Positions 37,326-47,928 are shown, numbered from the stretch's first letter. The stretch: DNA of 64,000 nucleotides from Gemmatimonadota bacterium (GCA_963666735.1 OY762926.1:1792001-1856000); one strand, 5' to 3'. Notes: a model not told the origin generated them from the sequence alone. A program made the numbers and translations.

Positions 37326-38111
37326 ATGCAATGGTGGTGCGCGGCCCAAGGCATCCCGTGGGACTGGTCCTGGCGCCCCTATCCGGGCGTCTGGCTCTTC
37401 ATCGCGTTCCTGTGTCTCGCCTATCGCGTCTTCACCCGGGGCGCCGCGCCTTCGCGGGTCGAGATCGCCCGCTTCGCCGGTGGCGCGCTCACGCTCTGGG
37501 TCGCGCTGGACTGGCCGGTGGGCGCGCTCGGTTCCGGGTACCTGGCGTCCGTGCACATGGTGCAGTTCCTCCTCATCGCGCTGCTCGCCCCGCCTCTCAT
37601 CATCGCGGGACTTCCGCGCGCGGCGCTGGAGCGAGTGCGCCGCGGCCGGGCGACTTCCGTCCTCGGGTTCCTCGCGCGACCGCTCATCGCGCTGCTCTTC
37701 TTCCATACGATCGTCATCGCGACGCACTGGCCGGAGGTCGTGGACGGTCTCATGGCCTCGCAGGCGGGCTCGCTCGCGCTCGACATGGCCTGGCTGGGCG
37801 GCGGACTCGTCTTCTGGTGGCCCGTCGTGAGTCCGATCCCGCACCGGCCGCGTTTTCCGCTCGGCGTCCGGATCTGCTACCTGATCGCGAGCACGGTGTT
37901 GATGACGCTGCCGTACGTCTTCCTGACGTTCGCGGAACTCCCCTTCTACGCGACGTACGAACTCGCGCCTCCGGTAGGCGCGCTTTCGGCGGGCGAGGAC
38001 CAGCGGCTCGCGGGGCTGATCATGCGGATCGGCGGAGGCACGATACTGTGGACGGCGGCGGGTGTCGTCTTCTGGTTCTGGTACCGCTCGGAGAACGACG
38101 CCGCGGACTGA
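37326..38111 (+). CDS. ctaG: Cytochrome c oxidase caa3 assembly factor (CtaG)
   Basis: SVHMVQFLL..LLAPPL, VFWWP, DQRLAGLIM; adjacent to SCO. Confidence 0.85.
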   Translation: MQWWCAAQGIPWDWSWRPYPGVWLFIAFLCLAYRVFTRGAAPSRVEIARFAGGALTLWVALDWPVGALGSGYLASVHMVQFLLIALLAPPLIIAGLPRAALERVRRGRATSVLGFLARPLIALLFFHTIVIATHWPEVVDGLMASQAGSLALDMAWLGGGLVFWWPVVSPIPHRPRFPLGVRICYLIASTVLMTLPYVFLTFAELPFYATYELAPPVGALSAGEDQRLAGLIMRIGGGTILWTAAGVVFWFWYRSENDAAD

Positions 38112-38133
38112 GCCGGACTGAGCCGCGACGGCG

Positions 38134-38454
38134 CTATTCGCTCACCTGTTCGGACACCCAGTCCACGTAGGGCACGGAGCCGGCGGTCACGGGAATGAAG
38201 AGGACCTCCGGGACATCGTAGGGGTGGAGTTCGCGGATGCGTCGCTCGACGGCATCGCTGCGGGCCGCGGTCGTCTTGAGGATGCCGAGGGCTTCCGCCT
38301 CCTCGCAGACCTCGCCCTCCCATCGATAGACGGAGGTCACGCGGTCCGCGACGTTCAGGCAGGCGATGAGCCGCTCTTCGACGAGGGCCCGTCCCAGCCG
38401 CAGGAGTTGTTCGCGGTCAGGCCCCGTGATGAGCCCGGCCACGACGTCGCTCAC
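38134..38454 (-). CDS. cutA: Divalent-cation tolerance protein CutA
   Basis: LVEERLIAC, SVYRWEG, HPYDVPE. Confidence 0.93.
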   Translation of the reverse strand: MSDVVAGLITGPDREQLLRLGRALVEERLIACLNVADRVTSVYRWEGEVCEEAEALGILKTTAARSDAVERRIRELHPYDVPEVLFIPVTAGSVPYVDWVSEQVSE

Positions 38455-40322
38455 GGGCGATCCCGCTCTTTTTCCCGCCCGCTCATGGCGTCCTCGGCCC
38501 GCTCGTAGAGCGCGTCGATCGCGCCGGCGAAACGGGTCTCGATCACGCGGCGCTTGACCTTGAGCGTCGGCGTCAGCTCCCCGCCCTCGACGGTGAACGG
38601 CCCGGGGACGAGGAGCACGTCGCGCGGCCGCTCGTAGTGCGCGAAGTCCCGGCAGCGTTCCCGCACGGCCCGCTCGATCATGCCGCGCGTCCGGGCGTCC
38701 GTGACGAGATCGGCGTCCGCCGCTTCCTCGACTCCGTGCAGTTCCGGACGGACGGCCCCGAATTCGGGCACGACGATAACGATGGGGAACTTTCGTCCGT
38801 CGCCGAGCATCACGGCTTCCCCCACCATCGGGTGCCGCTTGATCTCCGCCTCGATGGGCTGGGGAGCGATGTTCTTCCCGTAGGCGGTGATGATGAGGTC
38901 CTTCTTGCGGTCCGTGATCCGGAGGTATCCGTCCTCGTCGATCTCGCCCACATCGCCCGTGTGGAACCAGCCGTCGTCATCGATGGCTTCGGTCGTCGCC
39001 TCGGGCTTGTTGTAGTAGCCCGCCATGATCTGCGGCCCGCGGACGAGAATCTCTCCGTCCTCGGCGATCCGGATCTCGGTGCCGGGGATCGGCTTCCCGA
39101 CCGTGCCGAGGCGGATGGCGTCGATCGGATTGAAGCTGACGGCGGGCGAGGTCTCCGTGAGCCCGTAGCCTTCGACGATGGGCAGGCGCGCGGCGAAGAA
39201 GAAGCGGGCCACGGCGGGCGCCAGCGGGGCTCCGCCGCTCACGAAGTAGAGGATCCGTCCTCCGGTGCGGGCACGCAGCTTCGAGAACACGAGGCGGTCG
39301 GCGAGCGCGGACTGGAGACCGAGGCCCGGCCCGACCCGGCGTCCCTCGAGTTCCGCCAGCGCGCGGGTTTCGCCGACGCGACGCGCCCAATTGAAGATCT
39401 GCTGCTTCGCGCCGCCCACCTCCCGGGCGCTGGCTTCGGCGCTCTCGAGCACCTTCTCGAAGACCCGCGGGACGGCGGCCATGAAGGTGGGCGAGACTTC
39501 GCCGAGATCGCGGGCCACCGTGGTCGGGGACTCCGCGTACGCGACGGTGACCCCCGCTTGCCACATGATATAGTGGCCGACCGTGCGCTCGAACACGTGC
39601 GCGAGGGGCAGGAGCGCGAGAGCCACGTGGGTGGAGTCGATCGGGAAGGCCCGCAGCGCCATGTCCGCGTTCGAATGGAAGTTGGCGTGCGTGAGCATCA
39701 CGCCCTTCGGGTCGCCGGTCGTGCCCGAGGTGTAGATGAGCGTCGCCAGGTCTTCCGGACGCGTCTTTCGAGCGTGCGTTTCGTAGGTCGACGCGAGCGC
39801 TTCGGGCGCGGACTCGCCGAGGTCGGAGAGGGCGTCCAGCTGCATCGTGGCCAGCGAAGACCCCTCGGGCGCTGTTACGGGCTCGAAGGCGATCGCCAGT
39901 TGCAGTGCGGGCAGTTCGTCTTCGATCTCCGCGATCTTGTCCAGTTGCTCCTGGTCCTCCACGAATACGGCGCGTGCGCCGGAGTCCGCGAGGATGTAGC
40001 AAACCTGATCGGAGGGAAGCACCGGGTAGACGGGGACGGAGGTGAGCCCCGCCATGACGATGCCCCAGTCGGCCAGGGCCCACTCGAGGCGGGTCTGCGA
40101 GAGGATCGCGATGCGGTCGCCCGCTTCGAACCCCTTTGTTCGGAGCCCGAGCGCGATGGCCCGGGCGCGGCGGCCGATGTCATCGGTCGAGGTCGAAATC
40201 CAGACGCCATCGGCTCCCCGCGTCCGCGCCGCGTCCGCGCGGGGCCGGGAGAGCCCGTCGAGGAAGAGTTCCGGCAATGTGCCGGGCCGATAATCTTCCG
40301 GGAGCGGACTCGAGATTTGCAC
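38451..40322 (-). CDS. Long-chain fatty-acid-CoA ligase
   Basis: YTSGTTGDPKG, LPLAHVFER, EGYGLTE, FHTGD, DRKKD, ELTPTLKVKR. Confidence 0.92.
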   Translation of the reverse strand: MQISSPLPEDYRPGTLPELFLDGLSRPRADAARTRGADGVWISTSTDDIGRRARAIALGLRTKGFEAGDRIAILSQTRLEWALADWGIVMAGLTSVPVYPVLPSDQVCYILADSGARAVFVEDQEQLDKIAEIEDELPALQLAIAFEPVTAPEGSSLATMQLDALSDLGESAPEALASTYETHARKTRPEDLATLIYTSGTTGDPKGVMLTHANFHSNADMALRAFPIDSTHVALALLPLAHVFERTVGHYIMWQAGVTVAYAESPTTVARDLGEVSPTFMAAVPRVFEKVLESAEASAREVGGAKQQIFNWARRVGETRALAELEGRRVGPGLGLQSALADRLVFSKLRARTGGRILYFVSGGAPLAPAVARFFFAARLPIVEGYGLTETSPAVSFNPIDAIRLGTVGKPIPGTEIRIAEDGEILVRGPQIMAGYYNKPEATTEAIDDDGWFHTGDVGEIDEDGYLRITDRKKDLIITAYGKNIAPQPIEAEIKRHPMVGEAVMLGDGRKFPIVIVVPEFGAVRPELHGVEEAADADLVTDARTRGMIERAVRERCRDFAHYERPRDVLLVPGPFTVEGGELTPTLKVKRRVIETRFAGAIDALYERAEDAMSGREKERDRP

Positions 40323-40352
40323 GTTGCCGGTGGCGTTGCCGGTGGCGGGCCG

Positions 40353-40790
40353 CTAGCGGGCGGCCGATTCCGCGACCGGCACGCCGAGCCGCTGGAGGGT
40401 GCGCCGGGCATGCTCGAGATGCCTCGGTTCCTCCCGGTCGCCGCGCGCGTAGGCCAGGAACTCCTGAAGATGCCGCGAGGCTTCCCGCTCGGCGCCCTTC
40501 TTCAACAGCAGGAACGCCAGACCATAGTGCGCCGCCGTGCTGCGCGGGCGCTCCTCGAGGGCGGCGCCGTACGCGCGAACCGCATCATCGGTGAGTCCAA
40601 TGTGCGTGTACACCACGGCCATCTGTTCCAGCGTGGCCGGATGCCGCGGGCTGTACTTCAAGGAAAGACGAAATGAAATGAGCGCCTCGTGGTAGAGTTC
40701 CTGCCGAACCAGTTCCACACCTTCCTCGTAGAAGTCCGGCCGCTTCCGTCGGCGCCTTCCGTTACCGTCCCAGATCTTCCTCCACACCAT
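40353..40790 (-). CDS. Tetratricopeptide-repeat protein
   Basis: TPR-like helices (FYEEG..EALISF; AVVYTHIG..DAVRAY; AHYGLAFL). Confidence 0.75.
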   Translation of the reverse strand: MVWRKIWDGNGRRRRKRPDFYEEGVELVRQELYHEALISFRLSLKYSPRHPATLEQMAVVYTHIGLTDDAVRAYGAALEERPRSTAAHYGLAFLLLKKGAEREASRHLQEFLAYARGDREEPRHLEHARRTLQRLGVPVAESAAR

Positions 40791-40831
40791 GCCACCCCCC
40801 CCCAGAGCGAGTCCGGATCGTACATCTCACT

Positions 40832-40868
40832 CACACAACCTCCACACATCTCCCCCAAGTCCCCACAC
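40832..40868 (-). promoter_or_regulatory. Four helically phased GTGTG/TGGGG boxes in the TPR gene leader
   Basis: Plus-strand CACAC at 40832, 40843 and 40864, and CCCCA at 40853; period 10-11 bp. Confidence 0.45.
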
Positions 40869-40886
40869 GTCTGGCGACAGCGGACA

Positions 40887-40914
40887 ATTATAGCGTTTTG
40901 TCAAGCTGTGGCAA
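40887..40914 (-). promoter_or_regulatory. Near-consensus sigma70 promoter for the TPR/acyl-CoA ligase/cutA genes
   Basis: Minus strand TTGCCA-N16-TATAAT; a TTGACA also lies within the spacer. Confidence 0.65.
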
Positions 40915-40922
40915 ATTGCGGA

Positions 40923-41654
40923 CTACGTTTGACGACGTTCACCGACCCAGACGGTGGCGTCGGAGGCGACTTTCGCGAACCCGGACGCGGCGAGCGAGTC
41001 GAGGTCCTCCAGCGTCGGATTCTCGACGACGAGGCGCGCGCCGGGCCGCGCGCAGCGCGTGATCTCGGACAGCGGCAGGGGAATGGGAGCCGCGAGCGCG
41101 ATCCCGTGCAGCACGCCGCAGCGAACCGGCCAGCGGAGCGGCGCGGCGCCCAGGAGAGGGTCGACGCCGGCCGCGAGATCCTCGGTGGCCACGGCGGGCG
41201 GGGGGGAACGGCCGGCGGGATCCGGGAGCCAGACGAGCACCTCGAGACGGTCTCCGAGGCGGGCGATGGGAGGGGCGTGCGCGGCCAGCCTCGGGCCCAG
41301 GAGCACGACCATCCCGGCCCGGTCGCTCACACCCAGCAGGGCCGCGAGGCGCAGTGCCCCCTCCGTTGCCGCCTCCGGAGCGGCCTCGCCGCCGGACCCG
41401 GCCGGATCCGGGATCGCCTCGGGCGCGGTCGCGGGAGGGCGGGCCGTCCCGGCGCCATGCGTGGCGCGGCGCGCGGCGCCGGAAAGGTCGAAGCGCATCG
41501 TCCCCCGACGGATGGGCACCTCGATCTCGCACAGGGGGCACCCCAGCCGTCCCTCGACCACGCGACGCAATTCCGCCCGGTCGACGAAGGCGACGAGCCC
41601 CGCCGACGCCCGGCAATCGGGACAGTCCAGGACCTCAGCCAGTTCGAGAAACAT
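40923..41654 (-). CDS. Hypothetical protein with Trm112-like zinc-binding N-terminus and possible degenerate methyltransferase-like C-terminus
   Basis: LDCPDC...VVEGRLGCPLCEIEVPIRRG is the Trm112-like pattern; C-terminal ARPGARLVV resembles an MTase motif. Confidence 0.6.
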   Translation of the reverse strand: MFLELAEVLDCPDCRASAGLVAFVDRAELRRVVEGRLGCPLCEIEVPIRRGTMRFDLSGAARRATHGAGTARPPATAPEAIPDPAGSGGEAAPEAATEGALRLAALLGVSDRAGMVVLLGPRLAAHAPPIARLGDRLEVLVWLPDPAGRSPPPAVATEDLAAGVDPLLGAAPLRWPVRCGVLHGIALAAPIPLPLSEITRCARPGARLVVENPTLEDLDSLAASGFAKVASDATVWVGERRQT

Positions 41655-41680
41655 GTCGCCGCCTCGCCGACTGCCTGCGC

Positions 41681-42244
41681 CTAGTCGCGCGAGTGTGCCA
41701 GACGGAGGAATTCCTCGCGCGTCCGGTGATCCCGGCGGAACAGGCCGCGCACCGCGCTCGTGATCGTCTTCGAGTTCTGCTTCTCGACACCCCTCATCAT
41801 CATGCAGAGGTGAATGGCCTCCACGACAACCCCGACACCCTGCGGGTTGAGCGCCTCCTCGATCGCCTGCGCGATTTCCTCGGTCAGGCGCTCCTGAAGC
41901 TGAAGCCGGCGGGCGAACACGTCGACGATGCGGGGGAACTTGGAGATCCCGACGATGCGTCCGTCCGGGACGTACGCGATGTGCGCCTTGCCGAAGAAGG
42001 GGAGCATGTGGTGCTCGCACAGCGAATAGACTTCGATGTCCTTGACCATGACCATCGAATCGTGGGGTTCCTCGAAGATCGCCGTCCCGATGACCTCCTC
42101 GACGGTCTGGCCGTAGCCGCGGGTGAGAAACTCCAGGGCGGCGGCCACGCGCGCCGGCGTCCGGACGAGCCCTTCGCGACCGGGGTCCTCGCCGAGCAGT
42201 TCGAGCTGTTCGCGGACGAGACGCGGCAGGCGCTCTTCGCTCAC
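41681..42244 (-). CDS. folE: GTP cyclohydrolase I
   Basis: [45 protein letters not shown]. Confidence 0.97.
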   Translation of the reverse strand: MSEERLPRLVREQLELLGEDPGREGLVRTPARVAAALEFLTRGYGQTVEEVIGTAIFEEPHDSMVMVKDIEVYSLCEHHMLPFFGKAHIAYVPDGRIVGISKFPRIVDVFARRLQLQERLTEEIAQAIEEALNPQGVGVVVEAIHLCMMMRGVEKQNSKTITSAVRGLFRRDHRTREEFLRLAHSRD

Positions 42245-42315
42245 GATCTCCTCCAGGAGTGCTCCGGGATCTCCTCCGGCGGATGTGGGGCGCCGTCGCC
42301 CCCTGCCCGGGATGC

Positions 42316-42343
42316 AAAAGGGGCGACCCGTGGGTCACCCCCT
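42316..42343 (-). terminator. Intrinsic terminator between the ncRNA and folE
   Basis: Minus strand GGGGTGACC-CACG-GGTCGCCCC-TTTT. Confidence 0.7.
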
Positions 42344-42348
42344 CTGTA

Positions 42349-42503
42349 GGAATCGGATGCAAGGGGATTTCTTGAAGCCCTCCGCAACACGGTTCGGCCC
42401 CTCCCATCGGTTTCCGCCGTCCCCGCAGGGCATGACGTCCGCCTCCGGATCGGAGACTCTATGGGCAATTGTTGGCTCAAGAAATATGGCCTTGCATCCG
42501 TCC
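42349..42503 (-). ncRNA. ssrS: Probable 6S RNA (rod-like hairpin with central bubble)
   Basis: 5' CGGATGCAAGG pairs with 3' CCTTGCATCCG, and ATTTCTTGAGCC pairs with GGCTTCAAGAAAT; unpaired central region; has its own promoter and terminator. Confidence 0.65.
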
Positions 42504-42509
42504 GCGTGA

Positions 42510-42538
42510 ACGTTAGTGCCGCTTCGGGTCCGCGGCAA
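42510..42538 (-). promoter_or_regulatory. Putative sigma70 promoter of the 6S-like RNA
   Basis: TTGCCG-N17-TAACGT; predicted start at about 42503 coincides with the base of the closing stem. Confidence 0.65.
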
Positions 42539-42641
42539 ACCTTGCTGGCCCGAGGTTGGCGCGCGCGGTACGGGCGACCCCGGTGGCGCGTGGCGACCGC
42601 CGAAGTCATGATGCTTCCGAACTCTTCCCCACGGAGGCGCC

Positions 42642-42926
42642 ATGGCCCGCCGACCCTCTCCGCAGAATTCCTTCACGTCGTCACAGGAGGTGACGGACGA
42701 ACAACTCGACGCGTACATCCGCACGCGCCTCGCGCTCGCGGGCGTCGATCTCTCCGTGCTTCCCGACGACGATGAGGATGCGCCGGCCGATCAGCGCCGC
42801 ATCATGGCGTCCGCGCGCCGCTTCATGAGGTCGACGCCCGGGGCGATCGCCGATTTCGAGTTCGATCCCCTGGGGCCTGCACCCGCCATCTATCCCGCCG
42901 AACTGAGCGCGTGGAACCGTGGGTGA
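42642..42926 (+). CDS. Small acidic hypothetical protein coupled to the amidase (possible small subunit)
   Basis: GGAGG RBS; 94 aa; overlaps the amidase start. Confidence 0.65.
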   Translation: MARRPSPQNSFTSSQEVTDEQLDAYIRTRLALAGVDLSVLPDDDEDAPADQRRIMASARRFMRSTPGAIADFEFDPLGPAPAIYPAELSAWNRG

Positions 42927-44697
42927 GCTGAACCGGCGCCGTTTCCTCGAGCGGATGACGGCGCTGACCGCGACGGCCATTGCGACCCCTTCGACCCTGG
43001 GCGCGATCTCCGACCCGGGATCCGGCGGCGCGACGGGATGCCCCGGAGGGACCGAAGCGGGCAGCGGGACCGCGACCGGACACCTCGGCGAACTGCACCT
43101 TCCGCCGGCGGGCCGTCCGCAACCTGCGGACCTGACCGAACTCACGCTCGCCGAAGCGGCGCGGCTCCTTCGTGACGGCGACGTGGGCGCGGTCGAACTC
43201 GTGGAGGCGTATCTCGCGCGGATCGGCCGGTGGGACCCCCGCTATCAGGCGTTCAACACGGTGGTTTCCCAGGCCGCGCTCGAGGCGGCCCGGACCGCGG
43301 ACCGGACACGCGGACGCGCCCCGCTGACGGGCGTGCCGCTCGCGATCAAGGACAACTATTTCACCGCCGGCGTCCGCACGACGGCCAACTCGTTCATCTT
43401 CGAGGACTTCGTGCCGGATTTCGACGCGACCTCGTGGGCGCGGCTTCGCGACGCGGGCGCGATCCTGCTCGGCAAGACCCAGATGGGACCGCTCGCGACG
43501 ACGGCCGCCTCGACCCCCACGGGGGAGCGCACGACGGTGAACGCATGGGCCCCGCACCACGACAATGTGAGCCCGGGCGGATCCTCGAGCGGGTCGGCGA
43601 CGGCGGTCGCGGCGCGCATGGCCGCGTCGAGCACCGGGACGCAGACGGGCGGCTCGATCACGAACCCATCGAACGCACAGGCGCTGACGGGCATCAAGCC
43701 GACGATGGGCCGGGTCTCGCTGCACGGCATCCTCCCTCTCACCTACACGCGAGATCATCCGGGCCCGCTGGCCAGGGACGCGGTCGACGCGGCGTTGATG
43801 CTGCGGGTCATGGCGGGGCCCGACCCCGCGGACCCCCGGTCCCTCGGCCTCCCGCCGGTCCCGGACTACCTGCGGGCGGTGAGCGGGGACGGCGGCGCCC
43901 TCACGCACCCGGAGCGCGGAGGGGCGGTGCGGATCGGCGTTCTGCCGGGCTTCCTCGACGAACCGGAGCCTCCGGCGGACCCGGGGCCCGAACCGGACCC
44001 CGATGTCGACCGCATCGGAAGCTCGTTCCCGCGGCGGGAGCGGACGCAGGCGGCGTACCGTCGCGAAGTGGCGACGGCGGAGGCGCGGCGGCGCATGCTC
44101 GCGACGCTCGAGGACGTGGGAGCGGAAATCGTCGAACTCGACTTCCCGACCCACTGGGAGACGCTGACGAGCTTCGACTTCAACAACGTGCGGCTCCCGG
44201 AGCGCTCGGAGATCTTCCTCGAACACCTTCGGGACGACGTGAGGAAGTTCGGCGTCTCGCTCGCCCCATGGGTCAACGGGCTGCTCCTTCCCGCGGCCGA
44301 GTACGTGCGCGGCTCGCGGGCCCGGCTCGTCCTTCTGGAGGAGGTCCTCGACGAGGTGTTCGGCCGCTGCGACCTGGTGACGCAGACCGCGCCGTACCCC
44401 TTCGACATGGTGGGGCTGCCGCTCATCGGCTTCCCGATCGGGTTCGAGACCGGGTCGACGGGATACCCGAGACCCATCGGGGGCATGTTCGGCGCGGAAC
44501 CCTACGCGGAACACCACCTGCTCGCCGTCATCGCGGCGTACCAGCGCGCGACGGACTGGCACCTGCGGCGGCCCGCGGACCCCGGCGCGCTCCGGCCCGC
44601 CGAGGGGGACGGGGGCGCCCCCGGCGACGGCTCGGGCGGCCGGAGCCCTTCACCGGGACGCTACGATTTGTTCGACGTGATGGAGCGCGGCGAATAG
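42919..44697 (+). CDS. Amidase-signature family enzyme with Tat signal peptide
   Basis: NRRRFL twin-arginine motif; GVPLAIKDN, SPGGSSSGS, GTQTGGSI (Lys-Ser-Ser triad), GIKPTMGRVS. Confidence 0.9.
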   Translation: MGELNRRRFLERMTALTATAIATPSTLGAISDPGSGGATGCPGGTEAGSGTATGHLGELHLPPAGRPQPADLTELTLAEAARLLRDGDVGAVELVEAYLARIGRWDPRYQAFNTVVSQAALEAARTADRTRGRAPLTGVPLAIKDNYFTAGVRTTANSFIFEDFVPDFDATSWARLRDAGAILLGKTQMGPLATTAASTPTGERTTVNAWAPHHDNVSPGGSSSGSATAVAARMAASSTGTQTGGSITNPSNAQALTGIKPTMGRVSLHGILPLTYTRDHPGPLARDAVDAALMLRVMAGPDPADPRSLGLPPVPDYLRAVSGDGGALTHPERGGAVRIGVLPGFLDEPEPPADPGPEPDPDVDRIGSSFPRRERTQAAYRREVATAEARRRMLATLEDVGAEIVELDFPTHWETLTSFDFNNVRLPERSEIFLEHLRDDVRKFGVSLAPWVNGLLLPAAEYVRGSRARLVLLEEVLDEVFGRCDLVTQTAPYPFDMVGLPLIGFPIGFETGSTGYPRPIGGMFGAEPYAEHHLLAVIAAYQRATDWHLRRPADPGALRPAEGDGGAPGDGSGGRSPSPGRYDLFDVMERGE

Positions 44698-44704
44698 AGA
44701 GCGG

Positions 44705-46609
44705 TCACCATGCGATGCCGTAGTCGTCGCCGTGGTGGCTCGAGCCGCCCCAGAAGGCGTCGTTCTCCCAGTCGAAGAAGATCGCGTTGATCGGCCCCGA
44801 TGTGCGCTCCGCGAAGGTGAGTTCGTAACCCATCGAGTCGAGGGCGGAGCGGATCCAGGGCGGCGTCGCGTCCTGCAGCAGCATCCGTCCCGGGCGCGTC
44901 TCGTGCTGGCCGAATGAACCCCGCATCTGGTAGCTGTTCATGTTCGGCGCCTCGACCGCCTGCTGCACGTTCATGTCCCACTCGACCACGTTGAGGAAGA
45001 ACTGGAGCAGGTTCTGGTCCTGTCCGTCTCCCCCCTGAACGGCGAAGGAGAGGAAGGGACGGCCGTCCTTGAGCGCCATGCCCGGCGTAAGCGTGGCGCG
45101 CGGCCGCTTTCCGGGTTCGATCACGTTGTACGGGTTGTCCGCCTCATCGAGGACGAAGCTCTGGGCCCGCTGGGAGAGCCCGATCCCGGTTTCCCCGGCG
45201 ACGACGGCGGGAATCCAGCCGCCGGAAGGCGTGATGGAGACGACCCAGCCCTCCGCGTCCGCCGCCTGTACGGAGGTCGTGCCGAGATAGAAGTCCTCGT
45301 CGAGTTCCGCGTGATCGCCCAGGGACAGTTCGACTCCCTGTTCCGTCGTGACGGCGGCCCGCGTCCCCCAGCGTTCGAGCAGGTCGGTGAAGGGGTTCTC
45401 CTCCCCCTGGAAGGGATAGGGATCGCCGGGCCCCGCGTTCGGATCGTTCCGGTCCCAGTCGATGGCCTCGAGCCGGGCCCTCGCGTAGTCCTTCGAGAGA
45501 AGTCCCTCGATCGGTTCCGCGGGCGGGAAGTAGGGGTCGCCGTAGTAGAAGTCGCGGTCGGCGAAGGAGAGGTTCATCACCTGATAGAGGGCGTGGAGAT
45601 AGTTCGCGCTGTTGTAGCCCATGCCCTTGAGGTCGAGTTGCTCGGCCATGTTGAGCGCCTGCAGCATCACGGGTCCCTGGACCCAGGTCGTGAGCTTGTA
45701 GACATCGATCCCCTTGTAGTTGGCGGTGACCGGCTCCTCCAGGTAGACCTGCCAGTTCGCCATGTCCTCCATCGTGATGAGCGCGCCGGCCGCCCGGGCG
45801 CCCGCGACGAAGTCCGCCGCGATTTCTCCCCGGTAGAAGGCGTTGTACGCGGCGTAGATCGCCTCCCTGCGGCTCGCGCCTCCGGCGAGCGCCTCGGCCT
45901 CGGCTTCGACGAGCCGCTCCAGCGTCCGCTTCAGTCCCGGCTGCCGAAAGATCTCGCCCTCCCGCGGGCCGGGGTTATCGGCGTCGTCCGGGTGAGTGAA
46001 GTACACGTCCATGGACGACGGCCACTGCCGGATCTCGTCCACCGTATTCCGGATGCGGCGCACCGCATCGGCCTCGATCGGGTATCCGTCCGCCATCTCG
46101 ATCGAGGGCTGAAGCACGTCGGCGAGGCTCAGCCGGCCCCATTCGGCGAGCATCGTCATGAGCCCGCCGGGCGTGCCGGGGGTCACGGCCGACAGCGGGC
46201 CGAACTCGGGGGGGAAGTTGTCGTGGCCCTCCGCGCGGTAGCGGTCGGGGGTCGCGCCGGTCGGCGCCACGCCGAGCGCGTTCACGCCGATGACGCGCTC
46301 TTCTCCCGGATGATAGATGAGCGCCTGTGTCTCGCCTCCCCACGAGAGCACGTCCCACATGGTGGAGGTCGCGGCGAGCATGGCGGCGGCCGCGTCGACC
46401 GCGTTTCCGCCCTGATGGAACATGCGCGCCCCGGCGGTGGCGCCGAGCGGCTTGCCGGTGATCGCCATCCAGTGGCGCCCGTGCAGCACCGGCTTGGCGG
46501 TGCGCTGGGCTTCGACGACCGGAGGCAGAGCCAGGAGCAGCAGAGCCGCGAGGGCGACGCGGGGCGTCACGAAGTTGCGGACGGAGCAAGAGCCGAGAGC
46601 GACGGACAT
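44705..46609 (-). CDS. Gamma-glutamyltransferase family protein (secreted)
   Basis: GGNAVDAA, SAVTPG, FADRDFYYGDP, nucleophile GTTSVQAAD, PGKRPRATLTP, GGDGQDQ. Confidence 0.9.
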   Translation of the reverse strand: MSVALGSCSVRNFVTPRVALAALLLLALPPVVEAQRTAKPVLHGRHWMAITGKPLGATAGARMFHQGGNAVDAAAAMLAATSTMWDVLSWGGETQALIYHPGEERVIGVNALGVAPTGATPDRYRAEGHDNFPPEFGPLSAVTPGTPGGLMTMLAEWGRLSLADVLQPSIEMADGYPIEADAVRRIRNTVDEIRQWPSSMDVYFTHPDDADNPGPREGEIFRQPGLKRTLERLVEAEAEALAGGASRREAIYAAYNAFYRGEIAADFVAGARAAGALITMEDMANWQVYLEEPVTANYKGIDVYKLTTWVQGPVMLQALNMAEQLDLKGMGYNSANYLHALYQVMNLSFADRDFYYGDPYFPPAEPIEGLLSKDYARARLEAIDWDRNDPNAGPGDPYPFQGEENPFTDLLERWGTRAAVTTEQGVELSLGDHAELDEDFYLGTTSVQAADAEGWVVSITPSGGWIPAVVAGETGIGLSQRAQSFVLDEADNPYNVIEPGKRPRATLTPGMALKDGRPFLSFAVQGGDGQDQNLLQFFLNVVEWDMNVQQAVEAPNMNSYQMRGSFGQHETRPGRMLLQDATPPWIRSALDSMGYELTFAERTSGPINAIFFDWENDAFWGGSSHHGDDYGIAW

Positions 46610-46693
46610 GATGGAATCCTCCGGGGAAGAACCGCGCGAACCGACAGCCGAAATATGGCCCCCTCCCGGCCCGGGGCGAAAGCCGGGCCGGAG

Positions 46694-47914
<1,221 letters not shown>

Positions 47915-47928
47915 GGACGTAGAGTCTC

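Noticed and set aside
42241..42775. Short ORFs upstream of folE
   Set aside because: The region is better explained by promoter + structured RNA + terminator; translations have no recognisable features.
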